Assembly: GCA_028534125.1 (NCBI GenBank)
Contig: CM052816.1
Span: 6,326,001 to 6,390,000 of the forward strand
DNA from: Lama glama
Lineage: Eukaryota
DNA length: 64,000 nucleotides
Direction: 5' to 3'
A program made the translations under genes and the position numbers. Shown piece by piece: positions 52,171 to 63,923 of this stretch (position 1 is its first letter; every line of letters begins with the position of its first letter). The notes beneath the pieces were generated by a model. That model was not told the DNA's origin. It did not search any database and saw nothing but the letters and a program-made list of their open reading frames with translations.

Positions 52171-53057
52171 TGGACCAGTTTCTCTCCTATCAAGGCATTG
52201 ACATTCATTGATATTTTGACATGAAGTCCTCCAGATTACAAAGGTTGTTGGCTAAAGCTAAATCACATACGAGAGTAGGCAGATCTTTGTTAAGGACTTC
52301 AGAGAAAAGAAACAAAATTTAAGGTAGAACATGATAGATAAAGCAATCGTATCAAGCATAGCATTTTGTTGGAATGGGCAGACATACTTAGATTTAAACC
52401 CAGTTTATTGGTGATGATATGAGCAATGTCTATGCCAGCAAACAGGGGAGGTTTTGTATATATGGAATCTCATTTAAACCTCACAAGGATCTGCGAGATG
52501 TGACGACTGTTGGTAATTTACCACTGAGAAAACTGAAACATAAAATAATTATTTAAAAGTGTACAGCTAATCAGTGGCAGAACCAGGATTTAAAAGCTTA
52601 TCAGCCTGAATTCAGGAATTCTGTCCTTACAATATCTTGTCTCTTTTTCCATTTCCTGTACTCTGGAGTCTTTTGGGCAAGTCCTGTTTCCTTTTCTAAA
52701 CCACTTTTACTTAATCTAGCATGAGGATATAGACTTTTTACAGCATTTAAGCATTTACCTCACCAGGAAAATAAAAAATGGTTGACTGTAAATATTTATA
52801 TGAGTAGAAGAGATTATCCTTGCCTTAATCCTATCCCCTTAAAGGACATCCTTTCAAGTATTGGTCTTAATAAAATGTTACTTTATTATGTAGGCCAAGG
52901 TCAATTTTTGAATTAGTTGTCATAACCAGAAGTTTTTCGGAAATCCTTAAGACTGCAGCTCAGCATGAGTATGAGATAAATATTTTCCCAGTGAATGAAC
53001 TCAGCTTGGTCATGCTATTGTTTCATGTCCATAAAGGTAGCTTTCATGTCCACTGAG

Positions 53058-53525
53058 GTAGTCAGGACTCTCTTGCCTAAAACTGTCAGACTCCCAACTT
53101 AAACTGGCTTACACAAAAAGTAGAACTTTATGGGCTCATATCATTGAAAATCCCCTCGTGAATTACAGGTGGATTTAGGGTGGCTGTTGCTGGTGATCAG
53201 TTTCTGTCCTTCTCTCTGCTTGTCTTTCCTCTGCCTTAGCTTCATAGTTACACAAGGTCTCTCAGCATGACTTTCTCGATCAATCCAGAAGACTCCCCAA
53301 ATTAATTTTAGTTTTGCTGAGTGTTGGTCCACTCCTGAGCCAGTCAATGAGGCCAGGGAATTCAATGCCCTATTTGGACAGGATGTAAGACCCTCCACTC
53401 CTGGAGCTAAAGGGTGGGGTCAGTCCTGCTTAAAAGCTTAGACTGACAGTGAGGGAAGAATGGTTTCCCCAAAGAGAATTAGAAAGTTATTGCCAACTCA
53501 AGGGAATGGGATTCTGCACAGGCAA
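53058..53525 (-). mobile_element. Old MLT1 (J/K-like) LTR
   Basis: 'tagtcaggactctctt..cccaacttaaactggctta', 'cctgagccagtcaatgaggccaggg', 'tggtttccccaaag'. Confidence 0.6.
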
Positions 53526-53959
53526 GGGAAAAACATTTACTTGCTTGACTTTGAGTCACCTTTGGGATAAAGAGCTCTGGTTTTTCAAGTGTTCTTCAAA
53601 TGGCAAGATTCAGGGTCCTCCATTAACAGGGTTGTTCTCCTCTAAGTAACTTCTAAATGATTGGTGTTTCCTCTAGAAGGTCGTAGCCAAGAAACTGAGT
53701 GATGTGTAGACCAAGTAAGAAATGGCTAAAGGGAATTCTCTCAGGGTGTGTATATGTGTATCGGGGTGATGGGGTTAATTGTTCTGGAGACAAATTGGAG
53801 AGGCGATTGTTCCTTTCTGACTTTAAAAGGAATGATTGGGTATGAGAAGGTAGGGAGACAAAGCTAGGGTTAATATAAGGTACAGATTGTTGTTAATTCA
53901 TGTTGCTCACCAGTGCTTTAGACAGCTGGGATTAGAGACGCCCATAATTACTTAAATTA

Positions 53960-54170
53960 GCTATATATCATTTACCATGTGTCCGGCAGTGTTTTCAAAT
54001 TTATATCTTAACTCATTTAATCTTGAGAGTCGTATAGTATTATTACCCCTACTTTCCTTGAGAGGAAACTGAGGCTAGACAAGGTAAATAACTTGTTGAA
54101 AGTCACTCAAGTACTAAATGGTAGAATTGGAAATAGAACCCAAGCAGTCTGTGTTTTTAATCATTACAGT
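53960..54170 (-). mobile_element. MIR SINE
   Basis: 'aactcatttaatc..gaggaaactgaggctag..ggtaaataacttg..gaacccaagcagtctg'. Confidence 0.85.
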
Positions 54171-54179
54171 ATGTTTTGG

Positions 54180-54900
54180 GGGAAAATGAGTCAGTAGACA
54201 ATTGGAAGATAAAGTCAAGGAAAACTATCAAGTAGAAAAAAAAAAGACAGAGTTGGAAAATTAAAGAACAGATAAAAGAATCACTCCCAGATGGCCACCG
54301 TCCCACAAATGAACGGGGAGAAATGTCAGAGTTAATACTGAACAAAAGTCGCCTACACCTGAAGATGTTTCTAGATTGAATGGTCTGACCAAACTGTCAC
54401 ATGGTTTTAGGGAGTTTGAAAACACTGAGGTAAAAAGCAGTGAAAGGAATAAGGAAATCGGGAACACAAATCAGACTAACACTGGACATTAGATAAAATT
54501 AGAACAGAATTTAAACATATTTTAGGACAGATTAATTTCAAACTAGATTTCTGTACCAAACTAAATTACCAATCAAATGTGAAGGTACATATGCAAAACT
54601 TCACCAAGAGTTTGCCTATAAGATCCTTTCTCAGGACCTATGGAGGGTGTAATCTACAAAATGTGGGAGCAATCCCACAGGAAGACATGGGATCCAGGGA
54701 ATAGCACAACCAACACAGAATAGAGATGCAGAATCTCCCTGAAAAACAGCAAAGGAAATGCCCTAGAAAAAAACTGTTCAGAATTCCTAAAATGCACCAG
54801 TTTATATAGAAACAGAGACAAGGTTTGCTCCAGATGGCAGGTCTTCCAGAAAATAATGAAATGGCTAATTACCCAATGCAGTCAACTACACTGAAAATGT
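54180..54900 (+). mobile_element. HAL1 (Half-L1) fragment
   Basis: ORF1-like 'ggaagataaagtcaagg', 'aatcaaatgtgaagg', then 'gaagacatgggatccagg..ccaacacag' recalled HAL1 signature. Confidence 0.65.
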
Positions 54901-55056
54901 ACTATACAAAGTCAGAGGATTTGAAAGAGTTAATAAGGAAAGGTACACAAAGAGTTTGCAAAAGGAAAAAGGGCATTTTTAACTGTACAAGATACACACA
55001 AGCAAATAAAAGAAAATGTAATCATAGTTCATAATTTCTCAGGAAGAAACAATATA

Positions 55057-55259
55057 CTGTTGACCCTAGAACGATGCAGGAGTTAGGAGTGCTGAACCTC
55101 CAAGCCGTGAAAAATCCCCATGTAACTTCACAGTGGGCCCTCTGTGTCCGTGGTTCTGCATCCATGCATCGGCTGGTACTGTAGCATGTATGCAGTGAAA
55201 ACGTTCCTCCTGTGACTGGACCTGTGCAGTTCAAGCCCATGCTGCTTAAGGGTCAACTG
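55057..55259. mobile_element. Tigger2-derived MITE with terminal inverted repeats
   Basis: Left 'ta|ctgttgacccta', right 'aagggtcaactg|ca' (TIR CAGTTGACCCTT, TA-type target). Confidence 0.85.
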
Positions 55260-55289
55260 CACACTTACTCACATCAGTCCCTGTGGAGG

Positions 55290-55535
55290 TCTCTTGTAGG
55301 TGTGGTTAGCATTATCCTCAGGAAGATGATCCTTGATAACCTAGTGAGCCTCATCCTATCAGCTGAAAGGTTTTAAGGGCAAAACTGAGGTTTATCTGAG
55401 GAAGGAAAAATCCTGATGATGGACTGCAGATTCCACTCCTGCCCTGGGGTTTACAGGCAGCTAGCCTGTCCTACAGATGGTGGACTTGCCAGGTCCCACA
55501 ATTGTGTAAACCAGTTTCTTGCAATAAATCTCCAA
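55290..55535 (+). mobile_element. MLT2-type LTR fragment
   Basis: 'gagcctcatcctatcagctgaaagg..aaaactgaggtt..ggacttgccag..cacaattgtgtaaaccagtttcttgcaataaatctc'. Confidence 0.8.
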
Positions 55536-55614
55536 ATAAAGAAGTGTGTGTGTGGGTGTGGGTGTGGGTGTGTGTGTGTGGGTGTGTACACCCACACGCT
55601 TTGTGTATTGAAGA

Positions 55615-55862
55615 TGCTGTGCTACTGGCTTGGAAGTTGGAGGAGGGGGCCAGGAGCCAAGGAATGCATACAGCCTCTTAAAGCTAGAAAACTCCAGGAA
55701 ATGGTTCTCCTCTTGAGCCTCCAGAAGAAGTGCATCTCTTGATTTGGGCTCAGGGAGACTCATTTGGGACTTCTGACTTACAGATCTGTAAGATAATAAA
55801 TGTGTGTTGTAAGACACTAAGTTTGTGGCAGTCCATTACAGCTGCAACATATATCTAATCCA
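55615..55862 (+). mobile_element. MLT1D-like LTR 3' half
   Basis: 'ggagccaaggaatgc..gagcctccagaag..gacttctgac..ctgtaagataataaatgtgtgttgt..ctaagtttgtgg'. Confidence 0.85.
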
Positions 55863-56210
55863 CTGTGCATAATATCCTGTGAGTCTTACACCATCCAAGC
55901 GATTATCTGTGCTTTGTGGGAGAGACGTGAAATTTGGGGGCATGATGCAATGGCACAGACCAGAGTAACTGTCCTAGTCAGGACTCGGACTTAGTTCTCA
56001 AAACTTACGAGTTCAGGGTTCACTTTTTCTCTAGCATACATCCTCTAGTTGAAAGCTTGACTCTGTATCTCCTCAGGGACTTTTCTGTTTTTATAAGTTA
56101 ATAACAAAAACAAAAGAGAGAGAGAGAGAGAAGGAATTAAGGAAGACAGAACTCCTTGTTTTCTAGTTGACGTTTGCTTTGTCGGTGCATAAACAGCCTG
56201 TCTGAATGCC

Positions 56211-56224
56211 CCGTTAGGTGGCGC
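56211..56224 (+). promoter_or_regulatory. CTCF-like motif
   Basis: CCGTTAGGTGGCGC versus consensus CCASYAGRKGGCRS. Confidence 0.5.
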
Positions 56225-57129
56225 GGAGCGTTTAATTGTATCGCTCATCACAGAGAAGCAGCATGGAGGTCCCTCCAAGATGCGCCAGCTGTAAACTCCA
56301 GCAACTGATCAATGCTGCTTTGATGAAGTACCGAGACCCGTTTTTATACAAAGGCTTTTTATGGTCCTTTCTAACACTTAATAGACCGCTGATGATGGAA
56401 AAGCCGTTTCAATTTCCTAAGCCAGGGAGGATTCTCTTTGCCCTTCTCCTGTTCTACCCCCTGCAGAGTTTCTTGTAAAGGCTGTAGTTGTTTTTATTTT
56501 TGAAAGAGCAATGTGTTTCACATTTTTCCATGAAAATTACCAAAATTATAATATATTCTTTTTACAGTTTGTATAATTATGATTAACAATGAATATCGCA
56601 ATTTCAGGAATTATAATTAGTGAGGCAAAGCATGACATGTAATTTTAAATTGTTGTTTTGAGTTGTAAGCCTTCAGTTGATCCTACGTTTGAATTGCTAT
56701 GGGCTTGAAGTCCAGAGTAATTCTTGTTAATAAAACACTGTTTTAAATGGGCTGTATACAAATATGGCAGGAGGGATAAAACTGTTACAGGTCTTCACTT
56801 CGATTTTCCTGTTACAAATTCTTGCTTTTTGCCAAACTTATTTCGGAAAAATTCAAATATACAGAGAAGTATCCCACATAATATTAAACTAAATGCCCAT
56901 GTACCCATCCACCCAGCTTCGTCAGTTATTAACTTAGAACCAGTCTTGTTTCATTTATTTCCGTTCATTCATGCACCCCGCTGCTTTGTGAGTGAGGGAT
57001 AAAAATATCTTCTATTCATCAAAGGGGAACCATTTATATCATAGCAACATTTTGATGAATTTTTTTCACAGTTGGATTTCTGAGAATTAAATGCTTCTAT
57101 AGTTCTTCAAAACATCTGAAAATCTACTA

Positions 57130-57620
57130 TCATATTAGTTCAGCAGTTTGAGTTCTTGCTGTATGTCAGAAAGAGTACTAGACTTTGGTGATACAACAGT
57201 GACAAAGAAAAAAAAATTGGTGCTCAAATAAGTAGCTAGTAGAATCAATAAGTAAGTATAGTAATGTGTGATGAAAATAATAATGAAGTTACATGGGATT
57301 ATAAAATAGGAACATCTAAGTGTGTTTTAGAGGATCCAGAAAGGTGTTAGGACAGATGTCTGAACAGGGACGAGAAGGAAACAAGACTGACAGGCGCGGA
57401 GGTAGGGGTGGGGCAGAGTTAATGAGCCCCTGGGAGGGAGAAGCTATGTGGGCATCTGTGGGTAGGGAGATGTGTCTTGCTCCCAGGAGTGCAGGGTTGA
57501 ATATTAGAGGGAAAGTTACAAGAGCTAAGACCAGAAAAGTGAGCAGGGACTTTGGATTGTATCTGAAGCTTACGGGGGAGTCTTTAGAGAGTTTTATTCA
57601 GGGAGCTGACTATATGCATC
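57130..57620 (-). mobile_element. L2 fragment
   Basis: 'gtactagactttggtgatacaacagtgacaaag', 'gactttggattgtatctgaag..gagttttattcaggga'. Confidence 0.6.
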
Positions 57621-58233
57621 AGAAAATGTGTGATTCTAGCCTAATAGTGAGGGAGGCTGCTATGAGAGATTAATCACTAAAGACATCAGACAATTAGTCA
57701 TACCCATGCCTGGGCCTCTAGCCTTCTGACTTGTGATCCAAGGCATTGTGTATTCGTCTGTTTTTATTGTTTTATTTTTTTCATTTAAATTTTTAATCAG
57801 AGAAAGCTACCCGCAATTCCGTCAGTTGCAATCATCTTGCCTGGGTTATTAACCTCTGGTTTAATAGGACAGAAAGCTGAGGAGTAAGACTCCTGAGTCT
57901 CGTTTCCTCAGCAGTGATCACTGGAGAACTGTTCAAACCATGGATAATCTCCTGGTTGGTCTGCACTGCTCTTTTCCACGTGCCTTTATGCCTACTGTCT
58001 ACACCCTGAAATTAAAACACTATAGGACTACACTCACAGATTGGGGTCCAGTGAAGTTGTACTGGGTGGAGAAGGTTGGATGTGACCTGGGGGAACGAAG
58101 AGGACTTACAGGCGTAGGATAGGCAATCGGACTCCATGGGTTTGGGGAATTCAGAGATCTTTCCTGCTAGAGTTCTAGGTTGGAGCAAATGAGAAGGGGG
58201 GGTATGGGCTGTTTTTCTTGGTGCTGCTGTAGA

Positions 58234-58460
58234 GCAGGGGTTAGGAAACTGCAGTCCATGGATCCAGTTTAGCTTGCTGCCTGCCTTTGTAAATAAAGTT
58301 TTATTGAAACACAGCCCTTCTCATTTATTTACACATTGCCTGTGGCGGCTTTTATACCACAGAAGCAGAGTTGAGTAGGTGCAGCAGAGAGAATATGGCC
58401 TGCAAAGCTTTAATTACTTACTCTCCGGTCTTTTACAGGAAGAGTTGGCCATCCTGTGCT
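58234..58460 (+). mobile_element. MER58A-like hAT MITE
   Basis: 'caggggttaggaaact..tttgtaaataaagttttattgaaacacagcc..gcagagttgagtag..atggcctgcaaagc..ttttacaggaagagttggcc'. Confidence 0.9.
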
Positions 58461-58927
58461 CCGGAGGGGAGAGCAGGGAAGGCGGGTCTTGGACTCGATT
58501 GTGCTCTGAAATCTGTGGAAAGGCTTCATATAGTTAGATCGGGAACTTTCCTTTCTGTGGGGCTGAGAGGTCCCTGGGGTCCAAGAAAGCTTTGCTTCAC
58601 ATGAGATGCTGCCCTTCAATTCATTGAACCCCAGAGGGGCTTTGACTTGAAACTTCCTAATATAAGCTCCTTGGTGGTGGAAGGGCACTTCTTACCATCT
58701 GGGGACTGGTGAATTTCCACTCCTTTGTGGCATTTGCTTTATGGCATTAGAGCACTGAACAGAGCGTTCACTTCCAGCTGTGAGGCATCTGGCTCGGATC
58801 CCTCCTCTCCTCTTAGCTACAGTGTTCTTGATGTTCCTGCTGTGTGTTCTGAACCGAATTGGCATCTGTCTCCCCTCTGCAGTGCCCTTGCAGGCTTTGC
58901 CAGACCCGCCCTGGCCCACTCTGTCTT

Positions 58928-58944
58928 CCTGCTGACTCAGCAGG
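58928..58944. promoter_or_regulatory. Perfect T-MARE / ARE palindrome
   Basis: ccTGCTGACTCAGCAgg. Confidence 0.5.
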
Positions 58945-59779
58945 GTGGCCCGCTGGGTGCCTTCCTACCCCTGGGGAAGCAGCAGAGCTTGAGGTTCGAC
59001 TACAAAGACTGAGAGCTGTACACTGACTGGGTTTTGTGGATTCCCTTTTTGTAGTACCTCTTTTCAGCATCAATCTTACGCGTAGATGGAGGCCTGCCTG
59101 AAATGCTGCTTGAATCACTGAAAGATCTTCCCTGATCCAAAATATTTTATCTACTGGCCCTGCAGTGGTGCTTGAACTATTCCAATTTGGATATAGAAAC
59201 CTGAGCCCTTATGAAAATGGTAATGTTTCCCTCTGCAGGGTAACTCACCAGCCACTAGCTAAACAGGAATGCAGTGAATAGAGTAACTAAAGGAGAAATC
59301 TGAGTCTCCAGGTGAATAGGATTTGAAAGTCTGATTTGAGAAGGAGAGGGTAGAGGTGATGCTGTGGGCAGACAGGCCTAACTGGCACATTCAGGAGGAA
59401 CTGTACAGATACTGGATACCAGGGAAGGAAGTAATGGAGGAAAGGGTGTGAAGGGTATTACAACATAGTAGTGATGGAATAGAGTCGGAAGAGGCCAACT
59501 TGTTGACCCAGTGAGATCTCTGAGGGACAGAGAGGGCCTGAGACTTCCCTGAGCTCCTGCAGGAAGTAATTAACAGGGTCTGTACCAGAATCTATATCTG
59601 CTGATGCCTAGATCTGTCCTCTTTCCCAAAGTGTGCTCTGGGAAGTACTGCATCTACAAATATTAATAGAATTTTACATAGAGAAAAAGGCATAGTGGTT
59701 AAATAAATTCAACAAACATGGTTGGGAAAGGCCTGTCAGGGCAAAGTACTTCTCTAAAGTCTTGGGACGTGGGTTCCAG

Positions 59780-60180
59780 CCATTCAGTCAATAGATAATT
59801 TTTGAGAACCTGTCTTGAAAGGATGTACCTATGGTAAATATTGTGCTAATGGCTGGTGGTGCAATCTTAACAAGAGAGAGATGGTCCTTATTCTCCTGAT
59901 TTGCCATCCTGCTCCCCCACTAGAAGGTAGATACTGATCAAATAATCATACTGGTGCATGGTGCTGTACTTACAAGCTGAGTGCTTGATGGGGAGGCTCT
60001 TCAGTTCTCTGGGAGCGTACGTCAGAGGGTCCTGTTGGGGCAGTGGTTCGGAGATGACGTCTGGGTTGAAAGATGTCTCCAGCTGGTGAATGAAGGGTAA
60101 GTGTAAGCTAACCAGGCAAAGTGCAGGACACACACACGGGCGGCATATGCATGTAGCAGAGAAAGCATAGTGCATTAGAG
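59780..60180 (-). mobile_element. L2 fragment
   Basis: 'cattcagtcaatagataatttttgag', 'ggagatgacgtctgggttgaaa', 'taaccaggcaaag'. Confidence 0.55.
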
Positions 60181-61339
60181 GGAAATGTTCTGGTTAGATG
60201 TTCTGGTTTGGTCTGTCAGCAGGCAGAGGCCGGGGCAGAGGGACTCATCCTCTACACACAGGAGGTGCTGTGTATTTCTCCCACTGCGTCTTAAAACTAT
60301 TATTCTCTAATAAAAATCGGGAAGTGCACATCAGGGGAACTAAAGGTGGAATATAGTGAGTTAGCGCAGTTGTGAAAGATGAGCCTGAAAGATCGTGGGG
60401 GAGCCTTAAATGTGAATCTTAATCCTTAAAGCAGTTGTTCTGCCCCTAACTCTCTGTGTGGCCTTGCCTGAGTCCCGTGTATCTTTTGGACCTCAGAATA
60501 TTCTACCAAACTTGGACCAGATAATGTTGTTTGCTTTTTGTAATTTTTTAAAACTCAAACAAGGGTATTTGGCTGTGAAGAAGGCTGTACCAGGCTGGTC
60601 CTGAAGGGCCGCTGAGTTACTTACTGTGTTAACCCGAGACGATGAGTGTGTCAACATGGGGGCTGAGCGGTCCTGCCGGCCGGTAATGAGTTGTGACTTC
60701 ACATAACGTGTTATTGCTGGTCCCCCCGCCCCCTGCCATGGACTCAGGAGCCTGAGGTCCTGGTGCTTCTCCATTCTAAATACAGCAACGCCCCTCCTGG
60801 CAGAGTTCCTTTTGCTGTGGGAGGAGGGGAAGTGGCAAACCCAGGCCCGTCTGGTGTGTGGGGAGCCGGAGCTCTGTTTCCCACCACTGCTTACCTCCCT
60901 TTGTTTTAAACCACCATTGACAAACACACACTCTCACAAGGAGTGGGGGGGCAACTTCCTGGGGCTGGCATTTTGCCTCAGACTTCCAGGAACGTGTGAT
61001 GGCTATTTGACTACCTCCCGCCAGCTATCTCTGACTGTGTGGTGAGCGTATTTCACACATCAGACACAGGTAACTGAGGTGGTGGTACTTAGAGACGTGA
61101 TGCTGGAGTTCTTAGCAGAACGTGTGGCATAACCAGGGAACTTCTGGGCAGCAGAATTGAATGTAAATGGACTGAAATAATCTACCTGCGAGGAACTCCT
61201 TGAGAACTGAGAGATACCTGCTTAATGAACAAACAGAGAGTTTACGCCTGGACTGCCCTGGACAAAGACCCCAAGTGAAGACAGAGTGGGACCCAGGAGA
61301 GGGAAGAGGGCATTAGCGCCATGGTAGAGAGAAGGCTTC

Positions 61340-61520
61340 AAGCCCCAACTTGTGATTTACAGGTTTTGCCTGGAGTGAGTTACTTAAATTCTCTGGGTCT
61401 TGATTTTCTCATTCTTTAAATGCAGGTTTTAAGAAAGTTGTAATATGAATTAAATGGGGAGATACAGGTATGTACTTAGCGTAGTGTCAGGCATATAGTA
61501 AACATTTTAGTAATACTGAT
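61340..61520 (+). mobile_element. MIR SINE
   Basis: 'gagttacttaaattctctgggtcttgattttctcatt..attaaatg..acttagcgtagtgtcaggcatatagtaaac'. Confidence 0.75.
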
Positions 61521-61579
61521 AATAAAAGTAAACAGTGACTGTCCTGTGGTCTTGAGTGCCTATTTCTGTTACTTTCAAA

Positions 61580-62198
61580 AATATTTTGCATTTTTATACA
61601 ACTTTCAAAAGTTACGCTCCATTTACAATTACTGCAAAATATTTGCTGTATCCTCCTGCTGTACAGTGCATCCTTGTAGTCTGTCTTACACCCAGCAGGT
61701 TGAGCCTCTGACTCCCCCACCCCTAAATTGTCCCTCACCCCTCCCCAGTTGGAATGACTAGTTTGTCCTTGGTATCTGAGCCTGCTTCTTTTTTGTTATA
61801 TTCACTAGTTTGTTACATGTTTTAGATTCCACATATAAGTGGTAACATAGAGTATTTGTCTTTATCTGGCTCATTTTACTAAGCATAATGCTGTCTTAAG
61901 TCCATCCATGTTGGGCATATGGCAAAATTTCATTCTGTTTTATGGCTGAGTAGTAGTCTGTTGTATATAATAAATATACCACATCTTCTCTATCCATTCA
62001 TCTATTTATGGACAGTTAGGTTGTTTCCATGTCTTGGCAATTGTAAATAATGCTGCTGTGAACATTGGGGTGCATGTATCTTTCCAAATTAGTGTTTTAT
62101 TTTTTAAATGAATACTTGAGTGGAATTGCTGGGTCATGTGGTAGTTCTGCTTTTATTTTTTTTTGAGAAACCTTTGTACTGTTTTCCACAGCGGCTGC
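61580..62198 (-). mobile_element. L1 3' end (different subfamily tail)
   Basis: 'tttagattccacatataagtg', 'gtttccatgtcttggcaattgtaaataatgctgctgtgaacattgggg', 'ggaattgctgggtcatgtgg'. Confidence 0.92.
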
Positions 62199-63149
62199 TA
62201 TTTATTCCTTTTTTTTTTAACAGTTATTTTTGGAGAAATAGATTGTTTTTCCAGAAAGTTCTTCTGTACAAGTTCCAACTGTGTCTCCTTTTTAAGCATG
62301 ACTGACATCAGGGTCTCTCTTGCCAAGATACCGGTTCACTTTCAGAGAAAACCGTTAACATTAAGACGCCGTCCAGGGCCGAGGCAGCCCACATGTTTAT
62401 TATGAATTTCCTCATCTGTGCGGAACATGAACTTACATCAGATGCCAGTGGTTTGTGAAACGATCTTTACAGAGAGCAGAAAAAGTGGATGAGCAGCAGT
62501 TGGAACCAGGTGGAGAGGCCTGAGCCGATCTCTCTTAAAGGGCATTGGAAGCCCTCTGGCAGCAGCTGCTTTCACAGACTTCCTGGGGCCGTTCTGGCAA
62601 CAGTTTCAGTGGGTTTTGAACTAATTACTCTTTAGCTCCAGAGGCCCATCATTCCTGCCCCTGGGTTGTGTGACCATTGGCCCAGCCAGACTGCGGGTCT
62701 GTGTGCCTGTCTTGTCATCACTGCTTTAAACCCTGGGACCCCATAGGCAGCCTTGACCCTGAATCCTTCTCAGGGACAGTACTCCTGGTTGCTGTGGGTC
62801 CAGAGGCACCCAGTGTTCCCTGATGGGCACATGTTACATATGCTGATTCCCCAGCGTTGATTCTTGATTCTGTCTCTTCATGTTGTCTTCATGACCCAGC
62901 AGTAGAGAGAGGACCTGCTGAAGGGGATCAGCGTCTCCTCTGGTGTTTGTATAAAATGCAAAGCAGAGAAGTTATTCCAACTCAGTTAAGGTGGCCTCTG
63001 AGAGAAGGTGCTACTTGTTACTAAAGGGGCTTTAGAAAGAAGTTTTCATGGCAGGCTCTTCCCCGTTATTTAATCTTCCTGCATGATTTTCATTAATTCC
63101 CCTCGCCACCCCACCCTCTCGTTCATCCCACGAGCCTTTGATGTTTACT

Positions 63150-63870
63150 TACCCTCGAGGCACCCTGTCTCTGTGCTGGGAATACAGTGATGCAGGTGGC
63201 GCTGCCTTGATGGCATTTACTACCTAGGAAGGGGGCCAAACCAAATCATAAGAGTTTATAAAACTACATGTCCGATGGAGGAAACTGAAGGTGTTAGGAG
63301 AGTACCCAATACAGCAGAGGGTGATAGCTGCCCCGAGGAATGAAAGATGAGTAAACGTTACCTAGACGAGGAGGCGTTAGTGGGTTTTTTTTTTGTTTTT
63401 TTGTTTTTTTTTTTTTTTGGTGAGAAAAGATGCAAGTGGATACTGAATCATGTTTGCAAGTTTGGTCTTTATTGTGAGAGCAACAGGGATCCATTGAAGG
63501 TTATTAAGCAGGAGGATGATATGATCAGAGACATTTTAGGATTATCCGTCTGGGTACAGTGAATAAGAGGGCACAAACCTGGAGGAAGGAATGCCGTTGT
63601 GGAAGCTCTTGCCGTAAACTAGTGAGCTGGGAGGATCTGAAGCGGAAGCCACAGGGAGTAGTGGTCGCTTGGGTGTGGGGGCCAGCCGGGTCGCACAGGG
63701 GAGGGCGGAGCATCACAGTTGACAGCCATGATTCTGGGCTGATCACCTGGGTGAGTGAGAGTGCTTTTTGAATAAAACGGGATCCTGGAGAAGAAGCAAG
63801 GTTTGAGAGGGAAAAGAAAGACTGAAGCCTTAGATGTGTTGAACTTGAAGTGCCTGCAAGACTTCCTGGT
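63150..63870 (-). mobile_element. L2 fragment(s)
   Basis: 'gtgctgggaatacagtga', 'aagtttggtctttattgtgagagcaacaggga..ttaagcaggaggatgatatgatcaga', 'gatgtgttgaacttgaagtgcctg'. Confidence 0.65.
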
Positions 63871-63923
63871 GCAGAGTCATCTTAGGCTACAAAAAAAGAG
63901 GGTATTTCCTAAGTAAAAGGAAG

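Noticed and set aside
655..63771. Remaining 60-144 aa ORFs in the track
   Set aside because: No recognisable domains, many use non-ATG starts or lie in repeats; expected by chance in mammalian DNA
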